From Schizosaccharomyces osmophilus (taxonomy: Eukaryota): a stretch of 64,000 bases of DNA. Below, piece after piece: positions 47,244 to 58,991 of this stretch; within the stretch, counting starts at the first letter, position 1; the number at the start of each line of letters is the position of its first letter. Both the position numbers and the translations under genes were made by a program. The DNA is taken from the NCBI RefSeq assembly GCF_027921745.1, contig NC_079240.1:558001-622000 (forward strand). Reading direction: 5' to 3'. Under the pieces are notes generated by a model. That model saw only the letters and a list, made by a program, of their open reading frames with translations. It was not told the DNA's origin and searched no databases.

Positions 47244-48896
47244 TCATGAGGAATCATTCAACATATCTTTCCACAAAGGAGACCGAAACACCTCATGTTC
47301 CCAAATTGAAGAAGGAACGAATGATTTCACTTCTAACAAAATATATAAGTCTTGAAACGCTTGAGTTGCCGTTTCATTTTCAGCGACATCTTCAAATAAA
47401 GCTTGCTTTGAGCTCATTGCTTCTAATTCTTGATTGCAACGCTTGAAATCATCCCATACAATTTCCCAACCTTTCACGTTTTTGAATGCCTTAACACAGA
47501 TTTCTTCCTGAAGCATGTTGGGAAGAGCCAGTCCAATCCACTTTGCGTACTCAACTCCATTCTTCCAGCCATACTTCCAAAGTGCCATAAATACATCCAT
47601 TAAACCAGAAGCCTGTTTATATTGACTGTCATCTTCCGTAAGCCAAAGACAAAGAGTAGCTATTGCGCTAACCACTGTGACGTGAACAGCAAACTTTTCA
47701 TGATGTCTCATATTATCCCAAGCATCACGAATAAACTCCATGGTATCTCCAAACAGCTCTGAAAGTGTGTTTTGAAGTTGAAAGAATTTGGTGGGCTCAA
47801 TCGTTTGAGAAAGTTCATCACAATTTTCGCAAAGAAAGTGAATCAAAATTCCAAGTACTTCGTAGCATGAACACACACTATATGAAAGAGTCTCGTGCTT
47901 TTGTTTTTCATCAAGAGTAGACACCAAAAGGTCCAAGTTTGCACGAATTTCTGCAGCACAGCGGCCAATCACCAAGAGGAAAGATTCTTTATTGTCTTCC
48001 ATTACTACATCAGGACCGACTGCTTTCAAAAGGGAGAAAAGTTGCACACAAGCATTTTCAATGGACTCTTCTGTAACAAATTCCTCCAAAACAGGTTTGA
48101 TAAGAGGTCGAACATAGCAGCAAAGCTCATCCGAATACCATAAATGAACGGGGAAACGGGCAAAAAGATTTCTAAAAAATTGAGAAGTGACAGGAGCCTT
48201 CCACTCATTTCTCTTCTCTATTCCTTCAAAAATTGGTTTCATGTAAAGCTGAATCTTGTCTAGTGCATATAAACCATATGACAAGATCTCGAGAGCTTGA
48301 GAAAGGGGGAACTCGTTAGTAATAAAGGATGTGTAATACAAGAGAGACTTTGCCGAACGTGGATTAGACGCCAGAGCACATATTGTGGGAATGCAAAGAT
48401 CGTAATGCCGCAAAGCACAAGTCAACAAAGCTGGTATACGTTTTTTCATCAACGAACTACGAAGGATCTTTTCATCACTGCAAAAGGCGAGCAACACGGA
48501 AACTCCCAAATCGGCATATTCATAATTTTTCGATCCTAGTAGTCGATCGAGAAACTTCATATCCATTTGTTCCCAAAAAGCAAAGAGGAAGTTGGGATTT
48601 TCATTCAATAGCTTTGCAAGCATTGTTAAGGAAACAAACTTACTGGTGTCATCTTTAGCATGTAAAAGTGCAAAACAATTTTCCAAAAGACCTGATGCAT
48701 TATCTTTGCCGTGTTTGTTCGCGTTTTCAACTTTTTCACTTTCCACTTGTTCTTTTAAAAGCATATCTTTTTCAATACCGTCTAATTCACGTACCATATC
48801 TTCGCTGATTTTTTCGAAAGGGAACGAGTCGTTTGCATCTGAAAACATTGCGTCTGCGGAATCACGCGCCTTTTTTTCGTTCTTCTGCATTTTCAT
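47244..48896 (-). CDS. Neurochondrin-family (DUF1941) ARM-like protein
   Basis: 550 aa; LENCFALLHAKDDTSKFVSLTML and FLDRLL N-terminal motifs; LCLWLTED. Confidence 0.82.
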   Translation of the reverse strand: MKMQKNEKKARDSADAMFSDANDSFPFEKISEDMVRELDGIEKDMLLKEQVESEKVENANKHGKDNASGLLENCFALLHAKDDTSKFVSLTMLAKLLNENPNFLFAFWEQMDMKFLDRLLGSKNYEYADLGVSVLLAFCSDEKILRSSLMKKRIPALLTCALRHYDLCIPTICALASNPRSAKSLLYYTSFITNEFPLSQALEILSYGLYALDKIQLYMKPIFEGIEKRNEWKAPVTSQFFRNLFARFPVHLWYSDELCCYVRPLIKPVLEEFVTEESIENACVQLFSLLKAVGPDVVMEDNKESFLLVIGRCAAEIRANLDLLVSTLDEKQKHETLSYSVCSCYEVLGILIHFLCENCDELSQTIEPTKFFQLQNTLSELFGDTMEFIRDAWDNMRHHEKFAVHVTVVSAIATLCLWLTEDDSQYKQASGLMDVFMALWKYGWKNGVEYAKWIGLALPNMLQEEICVKAFKNVKGWEIVWDDFKRCNQELEAMSSKQALFEDVAENETATQAFQDLYILLEVKSFVPSSIWEHEVFRSPLWKDMLNDSS

Positions 48897-49375
48897 TCTA
48901 GCGTCAAAAAACCCATCAAATTGAAGTAGTTTGTATAAAAGACTTTATTCTTCGAACGCGCCTTAGTTTGTTTCAATTGCAAGAATGAGAGCGTATCTGG
49001 ATTTTATTTTGGAGGCAAAGTAGAACCTTCGCTACCACCTTTTCCGTATAAACAGCAAACGAAAAAAATCAAACAATTTTTAATTCCTTTTTTTTTTATT
49101 GAGAAATACGCTATTGGCAAACGTTGTGCACGCTGATGACTTCCTGGCGAGGTCGGGCTCCTTTGTGTATTACCCTTCCCTTCTATAAATGAAAGACACA
49201 TGTAACCCACAGATATGACGTTGGCATAGCAACTAATTTATTTATTTACATTGGTTTAATAAAACATCTTCAAAATACCAACCACGAAACCATTTCAACT
49301 TTCACATTTTTGTCTCCATTAATTTAATTCTTTTTTAGTGTTCCATAAATATAATTGTTATTCATCAAATTTAAA

Positions 49376-50014
49376 ATGTCAAGCACCGGATTGCCTGAGC
49401 CTTGGATTCTAAAAATTTCACGATCAAGGAATCGTCCTTATTTCTTTAACCCGCAAACCCAAGAATCTTTATGGGAGGCTCCGCCGTCTACGAACATGGA
49501 TGCTTTGCGCCAGTTTATGGACAGAGAGTTCACTGTCCCAAAAACGACAGGTTTAGAAGCACCCTCTTCTCCAAAAGTCCGTGTTAGTCATTTACTAGTG
49601 AAGCACAGGGAAAGTCGTCGACCTAGTTCTTGGAGAGAGGAACATATCACCCGCAGCAAGGAAGAAGCTTGGAACCGAATCCACTATTTCCTCAATCTGA
49701 TCAAAGAGGGTACCATCAACGTCAACGACCTTGCTGCTAAAGAATCAGATTGCAGCTCGGCTCGCCGGGGAGGTGATTTGTATGTTACTGAACGAACGAG
49801 GGTGTTCCCTAGCTGCTCTTGCAAGTTGGGAATGGCCCTCACGTTCAAAGTTTTGTAGGTAAATACAGATGCTAACTACGTATTTAGGGGATTTTTTGGA
49901 AGAAACGAAATGCAAAAACCGTTTGAGGATGCCGCTTTTGCTCTACAACCAGGAGAATTGAGTCCAGTCGTTGAAACAAACAGTGGTTTTCATTTGATTC
50001 AACGTACAGCTTAA
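49376..50014 (+). CDS. pin1: Parvulin peptidyl-prolyl isomerase Pin1 (2 exons)
   Basis: Exons 49376-49779 and 49888-50014; WW domain, [38 protein letters not shown]. Confidence 0.96.
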
Positions 50015-50518
50015 GTTTGTAATGCTCTTTCTATTTCTATTGTTCTCTGACGTATGGGAACTATGATTTCAAAGTATATGACTATGGTTTAATGAATAGA
50101 GGTGTTTTTTCTCTCAATAAGCTCTTTAGCTTGAATTTTTTGTAATCAGAAATAAAAGTCGCTTCGTTCTGTAATAGGGAAAGCCTATTACAAAAGTAAG
50201 CATTCAAAAAGTCTTTCAAATTTCAACATAGACGCTACCTTTTGGTACAGTTTCAATCTGTTATCACAATATAATAAAATTTCTTTTATTTTGACTCAGT
50301 TTGTCTGAAAGATTATTCGTTTTTACCACGTTGACAAGTTATTTCTGTTCCAACCTGACATTCCACGTTTGTTTACACCTCTTTGGAAACCTCGCTGTAA
50401 GATTTACAAGGTACTGTAAACACAAGCCTGAATTCGGCACGAAAGAGGGTCAATCTTTGAAAGAGTTGGAATGCAAAAATTTCCTTGCTCATTTTAATAC
50501 GTGTATAAATAGCATGAA

Positions 50519-51414
50519 ATGAGTTCAATCACTTCGCCCATTGTGTATCGTTCCCCTGTAGGGTACGCCTATAAATTATACCTTGAAGGAAATCTGCCTT
50601 CTTCTTTGCACATTTTAAAAACATATTTTCAAGAAGGATGCCCAAAGGAAGGCAATCTCGATTCAGCATGCAGTTTATATTTGCAGGTTTCGAGTGAGCT
50701 CAACCATTCATGGCAGAAAACACTAGAATGGTTGAAATTAGTCCATAACGGTCCAATCCCTAGGTCACTACTTAATGAATTGTATGTCTACTGTCAAAAG
50801 GTCTTTGACTGACCAGTTTTTCTAGGGTAATTACCTATGGTTCAAAAAAAACGTGGGAGTCGCGCGAGCAGTTAGCTGAGTTACTTTCACTCGCCGAGAA
50901 ATTCAAAACTGAAATTTTCGCAGATGATCGAGGGTACCAAGTTGAGGAGCAGCTTGTGAAATTAGCCTGTGAATGGAAGTTATTTCCTCTTGCTGAATCC
51001 CTTCTCGTGAATCCTTACCAGAAGGGAGAGGCGGTAAAGTCTATGATTTATAAAGATTAATGAGTTTTACTAACATGAAAATTATAGGATCTTTCGAATT
51101 TTATTTCTGAGCAAAAGTTTCAACACAAACTGAAAGAAAGTTTGTCAGCAGACAACCCTAACAATGACGCTACAAAAGAGAGAAATGCCTTGACAAGTAT
51201 AAAAAGATTTTGCTCCCAATTGGCTGCAAGGATTGGTTTCCTCCAGAACAATTCTACCTGGTTTCCCAAAAACACCAACCTTTTGTTAATTGCTTTCGCT
51301 TTGGTTGTACTTATTTTTAAGATCAAAGGGAATATTTCGAAAATTCGCCGCTATCCTATTGTCTGGGAAAGCTTGCAAAGCTTTATTGAAAAGCTGGCCT
51401 TTATCATTTCGTGA
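50519..51414 (+). CDS. Tail-anchored helical protein (3 exons, 265 aa), Pex26-like candidate
   Basis: Exons 50519-50781, 50826-51033, 51088-51414 splice in frame; C-terminal TM LLLIAFALVVLIF followed by basic residues. Confidence 0.8.
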
Positions 51415-51675
51415 CCCTCACGATTCAAATTTCGTTCGTACCAAAAGATTCACAACTCGCGACTTAAAGTAAATATCAAGAAAGAGGCTACTGCAATTTA
51501 CATGCTTCGTTTATTTTTTTCTGATTCAAAACTTTTACCATCTCAACTTTTTTGTTTACTACATACTGTATTCCCGTACACATCATTATAGAAGATATCA
51601 AAGGATAGCGAACTGCATGAAAAGCAAAGGACAAGAAAACAGAGTTTTTTGACAAAATTCCTGTGCTAGGAGATT

Positions 51676-52358
51676 ATGAAGAAACAACAAACAAAGGCAA
51701 AGCTTGTTTTGGAGAACCCATTGAATGTGCCATGGTAAAAAAGAATATGTTTTGGGTTACATTGCTAACATCGTGGAAGGGTAAATATAGATTCCTCTAC
51801 ACAAGAAAAATTAACCCAGGCCTTAATTCAATCTCTGCCTACGGCTAAGGAAGAGTACAGTAAACATGGTTTGACGATTGGTCTGAACGAAGTCAACGTA
51901 CTATTGGAAAATTGCTGTCAACATCCTAATCAAGATTCGTTACCTCGAGTCGTTTTCGTGCTCCAAGATCCTGAATCCATACTTGTTACACATTACCCAC
52001 AGCTAATCGCTAATGCGAATTATTATTCAAAAGGCGAAAGGGTATGTTTATTAGTATGTCTCGGTGCTGAAGCACAGGTTAGTATTTCGAGAAAGCTTGG
52101 ACTTAGCCGGGCTAGTGCCATTGCTATACGTGTAAGTATTGAACTATTCTACAGCTTCCTATAAAGGGTATGTACTAACAAACGAATAAGAATGACTCTT
52201 CTTTACTGTCACAAGTGAACCATTTATTAAATGGAATACCAGCTCCCTCAGCTACTTGGCTGGCCCAGGCATCTAATTACCAACCGACTAAAGTTTTACG
52301 AGTGAGTACAACGCAAGGTACCAAGGATAAAAAAGAATTAAAAGAGGGAACCAGCTAA
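51676..52358 (+). CDS. pop23: RNase P/MRP subunit Pop3/Rpp38-like (L7Ae fold), 3 exons, 192 aa
   Basis: Exons 51676-51734, 51780-52131, 52191-52358; KLVLENPLNVPW, LTIGLNEVNVLLE, LVTHYPQL, LGLSRASAIAI. Confidence 0.85.
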
Positions 52359-52587
52359 TGTCGCTATTATGAGACGGGTTTTTGGATAAACTAGCTATGG
52401 ACAGTGAGCGAAAAAAAAAAAGAACAGAAATTTTCCAAAATAGTATCAAAAATTAAGTCACTTTTCGATTTTAGATGACGCTTGTTGTATGGCTAAAGCA
52501 AATTCATGAAGTAGCCGATCTTGCTTTTGCAACATGAAAAATTTTGTATATCTAATGATGTTAATAATAAATTAAATAGGTTCTTAC

Positions 52588-53772
52588 TTACGAGTCTGTA
52601 AACACAAAGTTCTCTAGCATGGGTGTTCGGAGATAATGATTCGCAAAATGTGTCATATTATCCTTAAAAGAAGACCATTCCAAAGGCTTGTAGTTGAATT
52701 GTTCGCAGCGATTCTGGTAAGAATGAAAGATAGGCTCAGCGAGAAGAAGAGTCTCAGGGGGTGCTTTAGGAATATGAAGACGAACAGGGTTTTGGAATGT
52801 TGCTGGGATGATTTGGGAGGGATTTGCAAACGGGTAAGAGCGTGTCAAATATATAAGAATTGAGACCATTTTTCGGATTTGATGTTTCATAAAAGACTGG
52901 CCATGAAATGTGAGCTTTAACCACTGACGGTTGTACTTGTCATAATGGATGGAGTCAATGAAGACACGAAGCATATAACGGCGTGCACTTGAATCTCCAA
53001 ATGGTTTCTGGGTAGTATAGTTATGGAAGGAATGTGTTCCTTGAAACAAAGAGCATGCTTCTTTCAAGCATTCCAGCTTTGAGGAAGATATCCGAAAGGG
53101 GGAAGAGGCAGCATTTTCCTCAGAGTGGGTTTTTTGGATTTTTTCCAAGATGCTTTCTTGTGAAGCATGAGGTGATTGAAAATGCTTTGTAAAAAGCAAT
53201 GAATCTAGAGAAAAGGGTGATGGAGTCGCGATAGCAAAAGCAGGCAACCAATACTCATAAAGACGGCTACCACAGGCCTTGTGAGGTGAAAATGAATTTA
53301 ATGTCCTTTCAACTTTCCAAACACGAATCGATTCCGGAAGCTGCTTGTTGACCAGCGAGACCCAAGGCTGGAAAGAGCCAGCATGATCTAACAACTTTAG
53401 GCCCAAGACGTTTACAATTGCATGCACGCCCTTGTCTGTTCGAGCGGCGGAACGAACATGGACCTTTCGAGGACTGTCTGCGTTCAAACGGGAAATCGCA
53501 CCAATCTTACAGAAAGCACGAAAGATCTCCTCCTGTATTGTTTTCGCTGCGTTGTTATACTGAAGTCCTGCATACCCTGTACCGCGATAACTAATGATAC
53601 AATAGACCATGCGCTTTTGCTGTTTAGATGAGCCGTCAGGTACAGATAGTTTTGTTGTTTCCGTCAAAGGATACGTAAAAATACTACTTAGGGAAGAAGA
53701 CCATCGCTTCCATACACCAGTGTGAGACCTTTTTACCTCTATATTTCGAAGTAAAGTGAACATCTTTTCCAT
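52588..53772 (-). CDS. TruA-family tRNA pseudouridine synthase (Pus1/Pus2-like), possible mitochondrial presequence
   Basis: SYRGTGYAGLQ, catalytic ARTDKGVHA, GTHSFHNYT, GQSFMKHQIRKMV. Confidence 0.92.
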   Translation of the reverse strand: MEKMFTLLRNIEVKRSHTGVWKRWSSSLSSIFTYPLTETTKLSVPDGSSKQQKRMVYCIISYRGTGYAGLQYNNAAKTIQEEIFRAFCKIGAISRLNADSPRKVHVRSAARTDKGVHAIVNVLGLKLLDHAGSFQPWVSLVNKQLPESIRVWKVERTLNSFSPHKACGSRLYEYWLPAFAIATPSPFSLDSLLFTKHFQSPHASQESILEKIQKTHSEENAASSPFRISSSKLECLKEACSLFQGTHSFHNYTTQKPFGDSSARRYMLRVFIDSIHYDKYNRQWLKLTFHGQSFMKHQIRKMVSILIYLTRSYPFANPSQIIPATFQNPVRLHIPKAPPETLLLAEPIFHSYQNRCEQFNYKPLEWSSFKDNMTHFANHYLRTPMLENFVFTDS

Positions 53773-55551
53773 CCAACAGCATCCAAAAAGCTAAAGCTAG
53801 GCGAGTCAATCTCGATAGCAATATCAAGCTTTCTGCGCCAAACAATTATTTTTTTTTAAAAAAAAAAATAAACCTTCTTGTACAAAATATAATACTTGCG
53901 GTTCCCTGTAAATCTGTGAATAAAACGAAGTTTCTGTTAAAAGAAACCTTTTGTATTATGAAAAAATGGAGAAATGGTTAACCAAAAAAAAAATAATAAA
54001 TATGAATGAATCAAGAAACAAAGAATATTTAAAAATCATTATGCTTTATTGACATGGAAAAAAAAATAAAGAACGGATAAGTTCATATGAAACTGAGCGC
54101 CTACGATATAATCGTTGTCAAACTTGTTTTAAGGAAAAGAGATGAAGAAGTCATTCTCTTTTTGTTTTTATCTTTCATAGAATTTGTTAATGGCTATCTG
54201 GTGGAAATTCATTTTGCGAGATTTTCAAGTTCTTATCCCGCCATGCCTTGACATTATTTACCAACCACCTCTACCCATCACCAGTGTAAAAAGTAGGACT
54301 TTTGAAAAAAGGGCCTTCAACAGTTGGAAAAAGCATTCCAATAGCAATAATTTGCTTGTTAATTAATAATTATCAAGCACTGAGCCTTTCTTTTATACTT
54401 GCTAATAGTTTCCTTGAATTTCAAGGCGGTTCTTTTTCATTTCGTAATAACGTGTTTAAAGCCATTTGTTCTTATCGTAAAGAACGTTGTTCAAAAATCT
54501 ATCTTACTTCTTTGCTTCTGGACCTTCTTATTTGTTTAAGTTGTCCGTTTTTGTTTCTTTCCAGTACTTACCAGCCCCCCTTTCGTTTTTCACACACTTG
54601 GAGCACTTTTAAACCGGAGACCGTTTTGTGTATTAAAAAGTCTTTATATTTACTCGATACACTCTTTACCAAAGCAACCTCCTGTCTTGTTTTGAAAGCC
54701 TTTTGATTTCATTTCCTTTTTCTTTCTTTTCGATTCTTTTATGCTTTTTCGTGTTTTTCTTCTTTAAGTCTTTACTTTATTCTGCTTTTCTCTCATTCAT
54801 TTGCATTTTTTTTTTCAATAATTTTAAATTTCGTTTGTTTTAACTTGCTTCGTTCCTTTTGGCTTCTAAATCATTCTAACGACGTTTTCGATCCTGTTTT
54901 TCAGGACTTGTTTTGTTTGTACCATTCCTTTGCACACCTTCAGTTTTGTTGTTCTACTTCACTGCTTTGGTTTAAGTAAAGCATACTCCTAATCATATAT
55001 TCATTTAGAAAGTGTCGCTCTTTTGATATTTTGCAATTTTGATTCCTAGATCTCCTTTCCCTCAAATCATCATAAATTAAGTGGAACCTAATTTGAACCA
55101 GCATTTACAAAATCAAGGTTCTTTGTCATTTCGGGCATTTTTGCATTGATAATACCTATTCCGGTGATCCTCATTTGCTTACATACTATCCTTTGACTGA
55201 ATTAGAGTCATCTTCGGCATCTTTCATTTTGGCTTTGTGTTTTATTTAAGTTTTCATCGTCTCTCTTTTATATCGTATTGCATTTTACTTTTCAATTTCA
55301 CCTAATATCCTGATTATTAGGGTTTCGTCAGATTTTTTGTTTTCATTTTTGTCTATATTGAAATTACTTTGGGACAATCTCCATTATCCGCATATTCAAG
55401 CTATTTAGACGACAATAGCCATTCCCTGATCGGAACTTTTCATAAAGATTCTTTGTTATTGATACATTCTCATTTTTTTTAAGGGGTTCTTCCTTCTTTT
55501 CTGTATTCTACAGCTTTCGTTACACCCCGTAAAGTGAATTACTGATTCAAC

Positions 55552-57195
55552 ATGTTCGTTGGCTCACCCAGTGTAGGCAAACAGCCTCCTTTACTGTCTA
55601 AGAAAAGAATTCCTGAATTGTCGAACGTTATGGACGATACTATTCGTGGTTCATCTTTGGTACCTGCCGGGATTTTGAACGGTGAAGATGAGGGCCAAAT
55701 GTTGCATATGTCTCCCCAAAATCCAGAGCCGCAGCTAGGAAAAACCGATGCTGATTATCTACCCACCTACGCTTCCCTGAATCCATTGATGGAAAAGTCT
55801 ACAACTCCCACTGGAAGATTGCTTGGTGGTTTGAATGGTGGAATGGCGTCTGCACCCCCCAAAATGGGAGTTCACTATCCACGTCTCTTTGCTATAAAAA
55901 TTGATGATTTACCTCGAAATCTAACTGCTAGAGAGTTTTCATGCACTTTTCTGTTTGCTAGTAATGTTGTATCTACCGAAATTGTCCCTTCCGCTGATGA
56001 TACTGCTTATGGATTAACGGTGTTTTCTTCCAGAGACGCCGCTCTTTCAGCTCGTGATGTTTTACTTTCAAGTGAAGTTTATGGTCTTTGTAGCGTGACC
56101 GTCATTGATAATTACCGCAAAAGCAGTCAAACAAATGTTAGTGATGGAACGGAAGGCTCAGAAGGCAGTAGTCGCCTGTCTAGAAATCATTCTCCTATTC
56201 GTCAATTGTTTGGTAGTCGTGATTTATTTCGCCGTCCAAGCAATCATGTTTCAAATTCGGCTGTGGGCCATAATGATTCTGCTTATGATCACTCCAAAAC
56301 GCCTCTGTCTGAACATTTTGCAACTGCTCCTAATAGCGCTCTGCAATCCGATCGATTGTGGTCATCGTTCCCCGTGTCATATCCATTATCGTTGGCCAAT
56401 GCTTTATCGAAGGATGATGTCTCTTCCCCTACATGGTCACCTACGGCGAATAAAAGCGCTAACTCACGACAGGATACTGTTCCTCCTGTTATGAGATTCA
56501 ATTCACTTTCCATAAACACAAATGTTTCTCGACCCTATCTGTCTTCAGAGAAGGGAGGTTATGCTCATTCGAAGAGTGCTCAATCTCCTCATCCCAGAGT
56601 TCTCTCGGCCAATGGTGCTTTTGGAGTAAACAGTCCTCCTTTAACACCTTCTAATACCAGAGACTATCCATTGTCTGCCTCTGTACTACCTGCTACTCCA
56701 TTTTCACCTTACGCTTCGCATAATGGCATTCATCAAAGGATTCCTGCTACAACACCTACAAACATAAATCCTGCCGATCAAAATCCACCTTGTAATACTA
56801 TTTACGTTGGGAATCTTCCACCCTCTACTTCCGAAGATGAATTGAAGGCGCTTTTTTCAACGCAACCTGGCTACAAGCGTCTTTGTTTCCGTACCAAAGG
56901 AAATGGTCCAATGTGTTTTGTGGAGTTTGATAATATACCTTGTGCTATGGAAGCCTTGAAGACACTTCAGGGTGTGTGCTTAAGCAGTAGCATAAAGGGT
57001 GGTATTCGTCTTAGCTTTTCGAAAAACCCTTTGGGTGTACGTTCGTCGAGCTCTTCTCATAACCACGGTAATGTTCGTAATCTCCATTCCGGATCGATGA
57101 ACACTCATGGTGCTGGATTTTTCCTAAATGATACAGGACAGTATGATACACACAATAGCCCTAGTTGGGCCAACAATTTAATGTACGGTAAATAG
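55552..57195 (+). CDS. scw1: RRM RNA-binding protein, Whi3 family
   Basis: 547 aa, Ser/Pro-rich; [18 protein letters not shown]...GPMCFVEF...[16 protein letters not shown]. Confidence 0.95.
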   Translation: MFVGSPSVGKQPPLLSKKRIPELSNVMDDTIRGSSLVPAGILNGEDEGQMLHMSPQNPEPQLGKTDADYLPTYASLNPLMEKSTTPTGRLLGGLNGGMASAPPKMGVHYPRLFAIKIDDLPRNLTAREFSCTFLFASNVVSTEIVPSADDTAYGLTVFSSRDAALSARDVLLSSEVYGLCSVTVIDNYRKSSQTNVSDGTEGSEGSSRLSRNHSPIRQLFGSRDLFRRPSNHVSNSAVGHNDSAYDHSKTPLSEHFATAPNSALQSDRLWSSFPVSYPLSLANALSKDDVSSPTWSPTANKSANSRQDTVPPVMRFNSLSINTNVSRPYLSSEKGGYAHSKSAQSPHPRVLSANGAFGVNSPPLTPSNTRDYPLSASVLPATPFSPYASHNGIHQRIPATTPTNINPADQNPPCNTIYVGNLPPSTSEDELKALFSTQPGYKRLCFRTKGNGPMCFVEFDNIPCAMEALKTLQGVCLSSSIKGGIRLSFSKNPLGVRSSSSSHNHGNVRNLHSGSMNTHGAGFFLNDTGQYDTHNSPSWANNLMYGK

Positions 57196-57778
57196 ATTCT
57201 CTCGGCATTTTTCAGATTCGCATTATAGCCCATTGCTGCCCGTTAGAGTGCCTTGTACTTCATGTTTTATATGCATTTTTGGTTTTTTTTTGATATACTT
57301 GCATGTTGATTTTTCGTTATTGGTTCATTGGAAACCTTCTAATTCATTTTTTAATTGCCAGAACTATAAAAGCCTTCCTTTATACTAAGACTTAACGCTT
57401 TTTATAGCAAAAGTACCGATGAGAGATTAGGAGAAAATTTTTAAAGGTTGTAGTTATTGGAAGGCTTTGTTTTTGAGGTCTGGTTGGTTTTATGTAACCA
57501 TACACTGCTGCTCTAAAATATTTCATATGTTTGCTATCTTTTTAAGTTCAAGTTGTTTGCTTTTCAAATGTTAATGAATAAATATGTTGAATTTAATAAT
57601 AAAAACAAATAGGATAGGTATAGGAAATTATGTGTAAGATAATTAATTTTACAGTGGTCATGCGAGCTAAAAAGGAATTTTTGGCTACCGTGCTATATTA
57701 TTTTATACCTATTGTAAACCCAAACCAAAAAGAAGCTATCTAAAAGTTCATTCTTTCTTTGTTATATCAGAATCACTT

Positions 57779-58991
57779 TTATTCGACGCGGGCACGTTTT
57801 GTGCGCTTAGAAGAGGTCGCCTTTTCTGTTGACTCATCCAAAGAATCGCTGCTTTCAGAATCAGATTCGCTTTCATTAGATTCTTCATTGATATTGGCAG
57901 CATCTATTACAGGCCCATTTACCGCTGATTCCATGGCAACTATGCATGTAATTCTGTTCCCTTCCGGGGCTTGTAATTCCATTACTTTATTGAAGGTTTT
58001 ATCCCAAACGTGTACAGAGCCGTCGGAGCTAGCAGAAACGAGATTATCCGACGTAGCATAAATAGCTTTCACTCTATTAAAAACGTTAGTATTTATTGCG
58101 ATAAATAGGAAGGAAAAACAAGGTACCTTTTTTCATGAGCAGCGAATTCATTAATCAGGTCTCCGGTATGTACGTCAAAGACCTTTAAGGAACCATTGTC
58201 GCAACCAACAATCAAGTTTGATTGAAACAAACAAAGACAGTTAAGCTGCGTACTAGATTGATAACTAAAAACGGAGCTTAAATCCTAAGAAAAAAAGACG
58301 GTTAGCAAAGAATGCAAATTGTCTGTATAAGTAAAAGTAAAAATAAAATATACATACAAGTTTAAAACCTTCTAAACCACGTCGTGACATGACAACGAAA
58401 GAGGAATCATTAAGGAATAGAATGCCTTCAGGAATAAACGACAAAGGTAATATCTTTCCACCTTTACCACGAATGAGATCCCAAAGACGAAGTTTGCTAT
58501 CTCCTCCAACGCTGAAAGCAAGCTTTTCAGAAGGATGAACAGCAATTCCGCTAATGCCTTTTTGGGAGGAAGACTTCAAGGTATGAACAAGTAACCAAGA
58601 ATCTCTAGACCACATAGTAATTTGGCCATTATCATGACAAGCTAACAAGTGTTTCCTGGTAAAGCACAGATTACGAGAAATTGCGTTTGGCAAGTCTGTA
58701 GGAATAGCCAAGTCAGCTATTTGAATATTACGGCTATGATCGTAAATCCTAAAAGCAAGTTAATAAAACGATTTCATAAAAGCAATTAGACGGTAAAACC
58801 AAAGGATAAATGACTTACTTTATAGTTTCATCTGAACTGGTAGATGCTAACTGGAGGCCATTCGTAGCCAAAGCTGTGAGAGCACTATCATGAGCCTCAA
58901 ACAGCCACAAGGGTTTCGATTCTTTCAGCTTCAGGTCTGCATCTACGCCATACATGAGGTGAGAATATGTTCCAATGACGATTCTAAGCAT
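57779..58991 (-). CDS. skb15: WD40 protein, Mak11/PAK1IP1 family (4 exons)
   Basis: Exons 58991-58819, 58748-58358, 58284-58127, 58073-57779; MLRIVIGTYSHLMYG, AVHPSEKLAFSVGGDSKLRLWDL. Confidence 0.92.

Noticed and set aside
50170..50192. 9-bp hairpin TGTAATAGG-gaaag-CCTATTACA downstream of pin1
   Set aside because: Short and AT-rich; plausible by chance, and bacterial-style terminators do not apply in this genome
51617..51652. Upstream ATG as the pop23 start
   Set aside because: Hits TGA after 11 codons; ATG 51676 gives the conserved frame (the short ORF could at most be a uORF)
54302..54706. 134-aa ORF upstream of scw1
   Set aside because: TTG start and low-complexity L/F/S composition typical of a pyrimidine-rich leader
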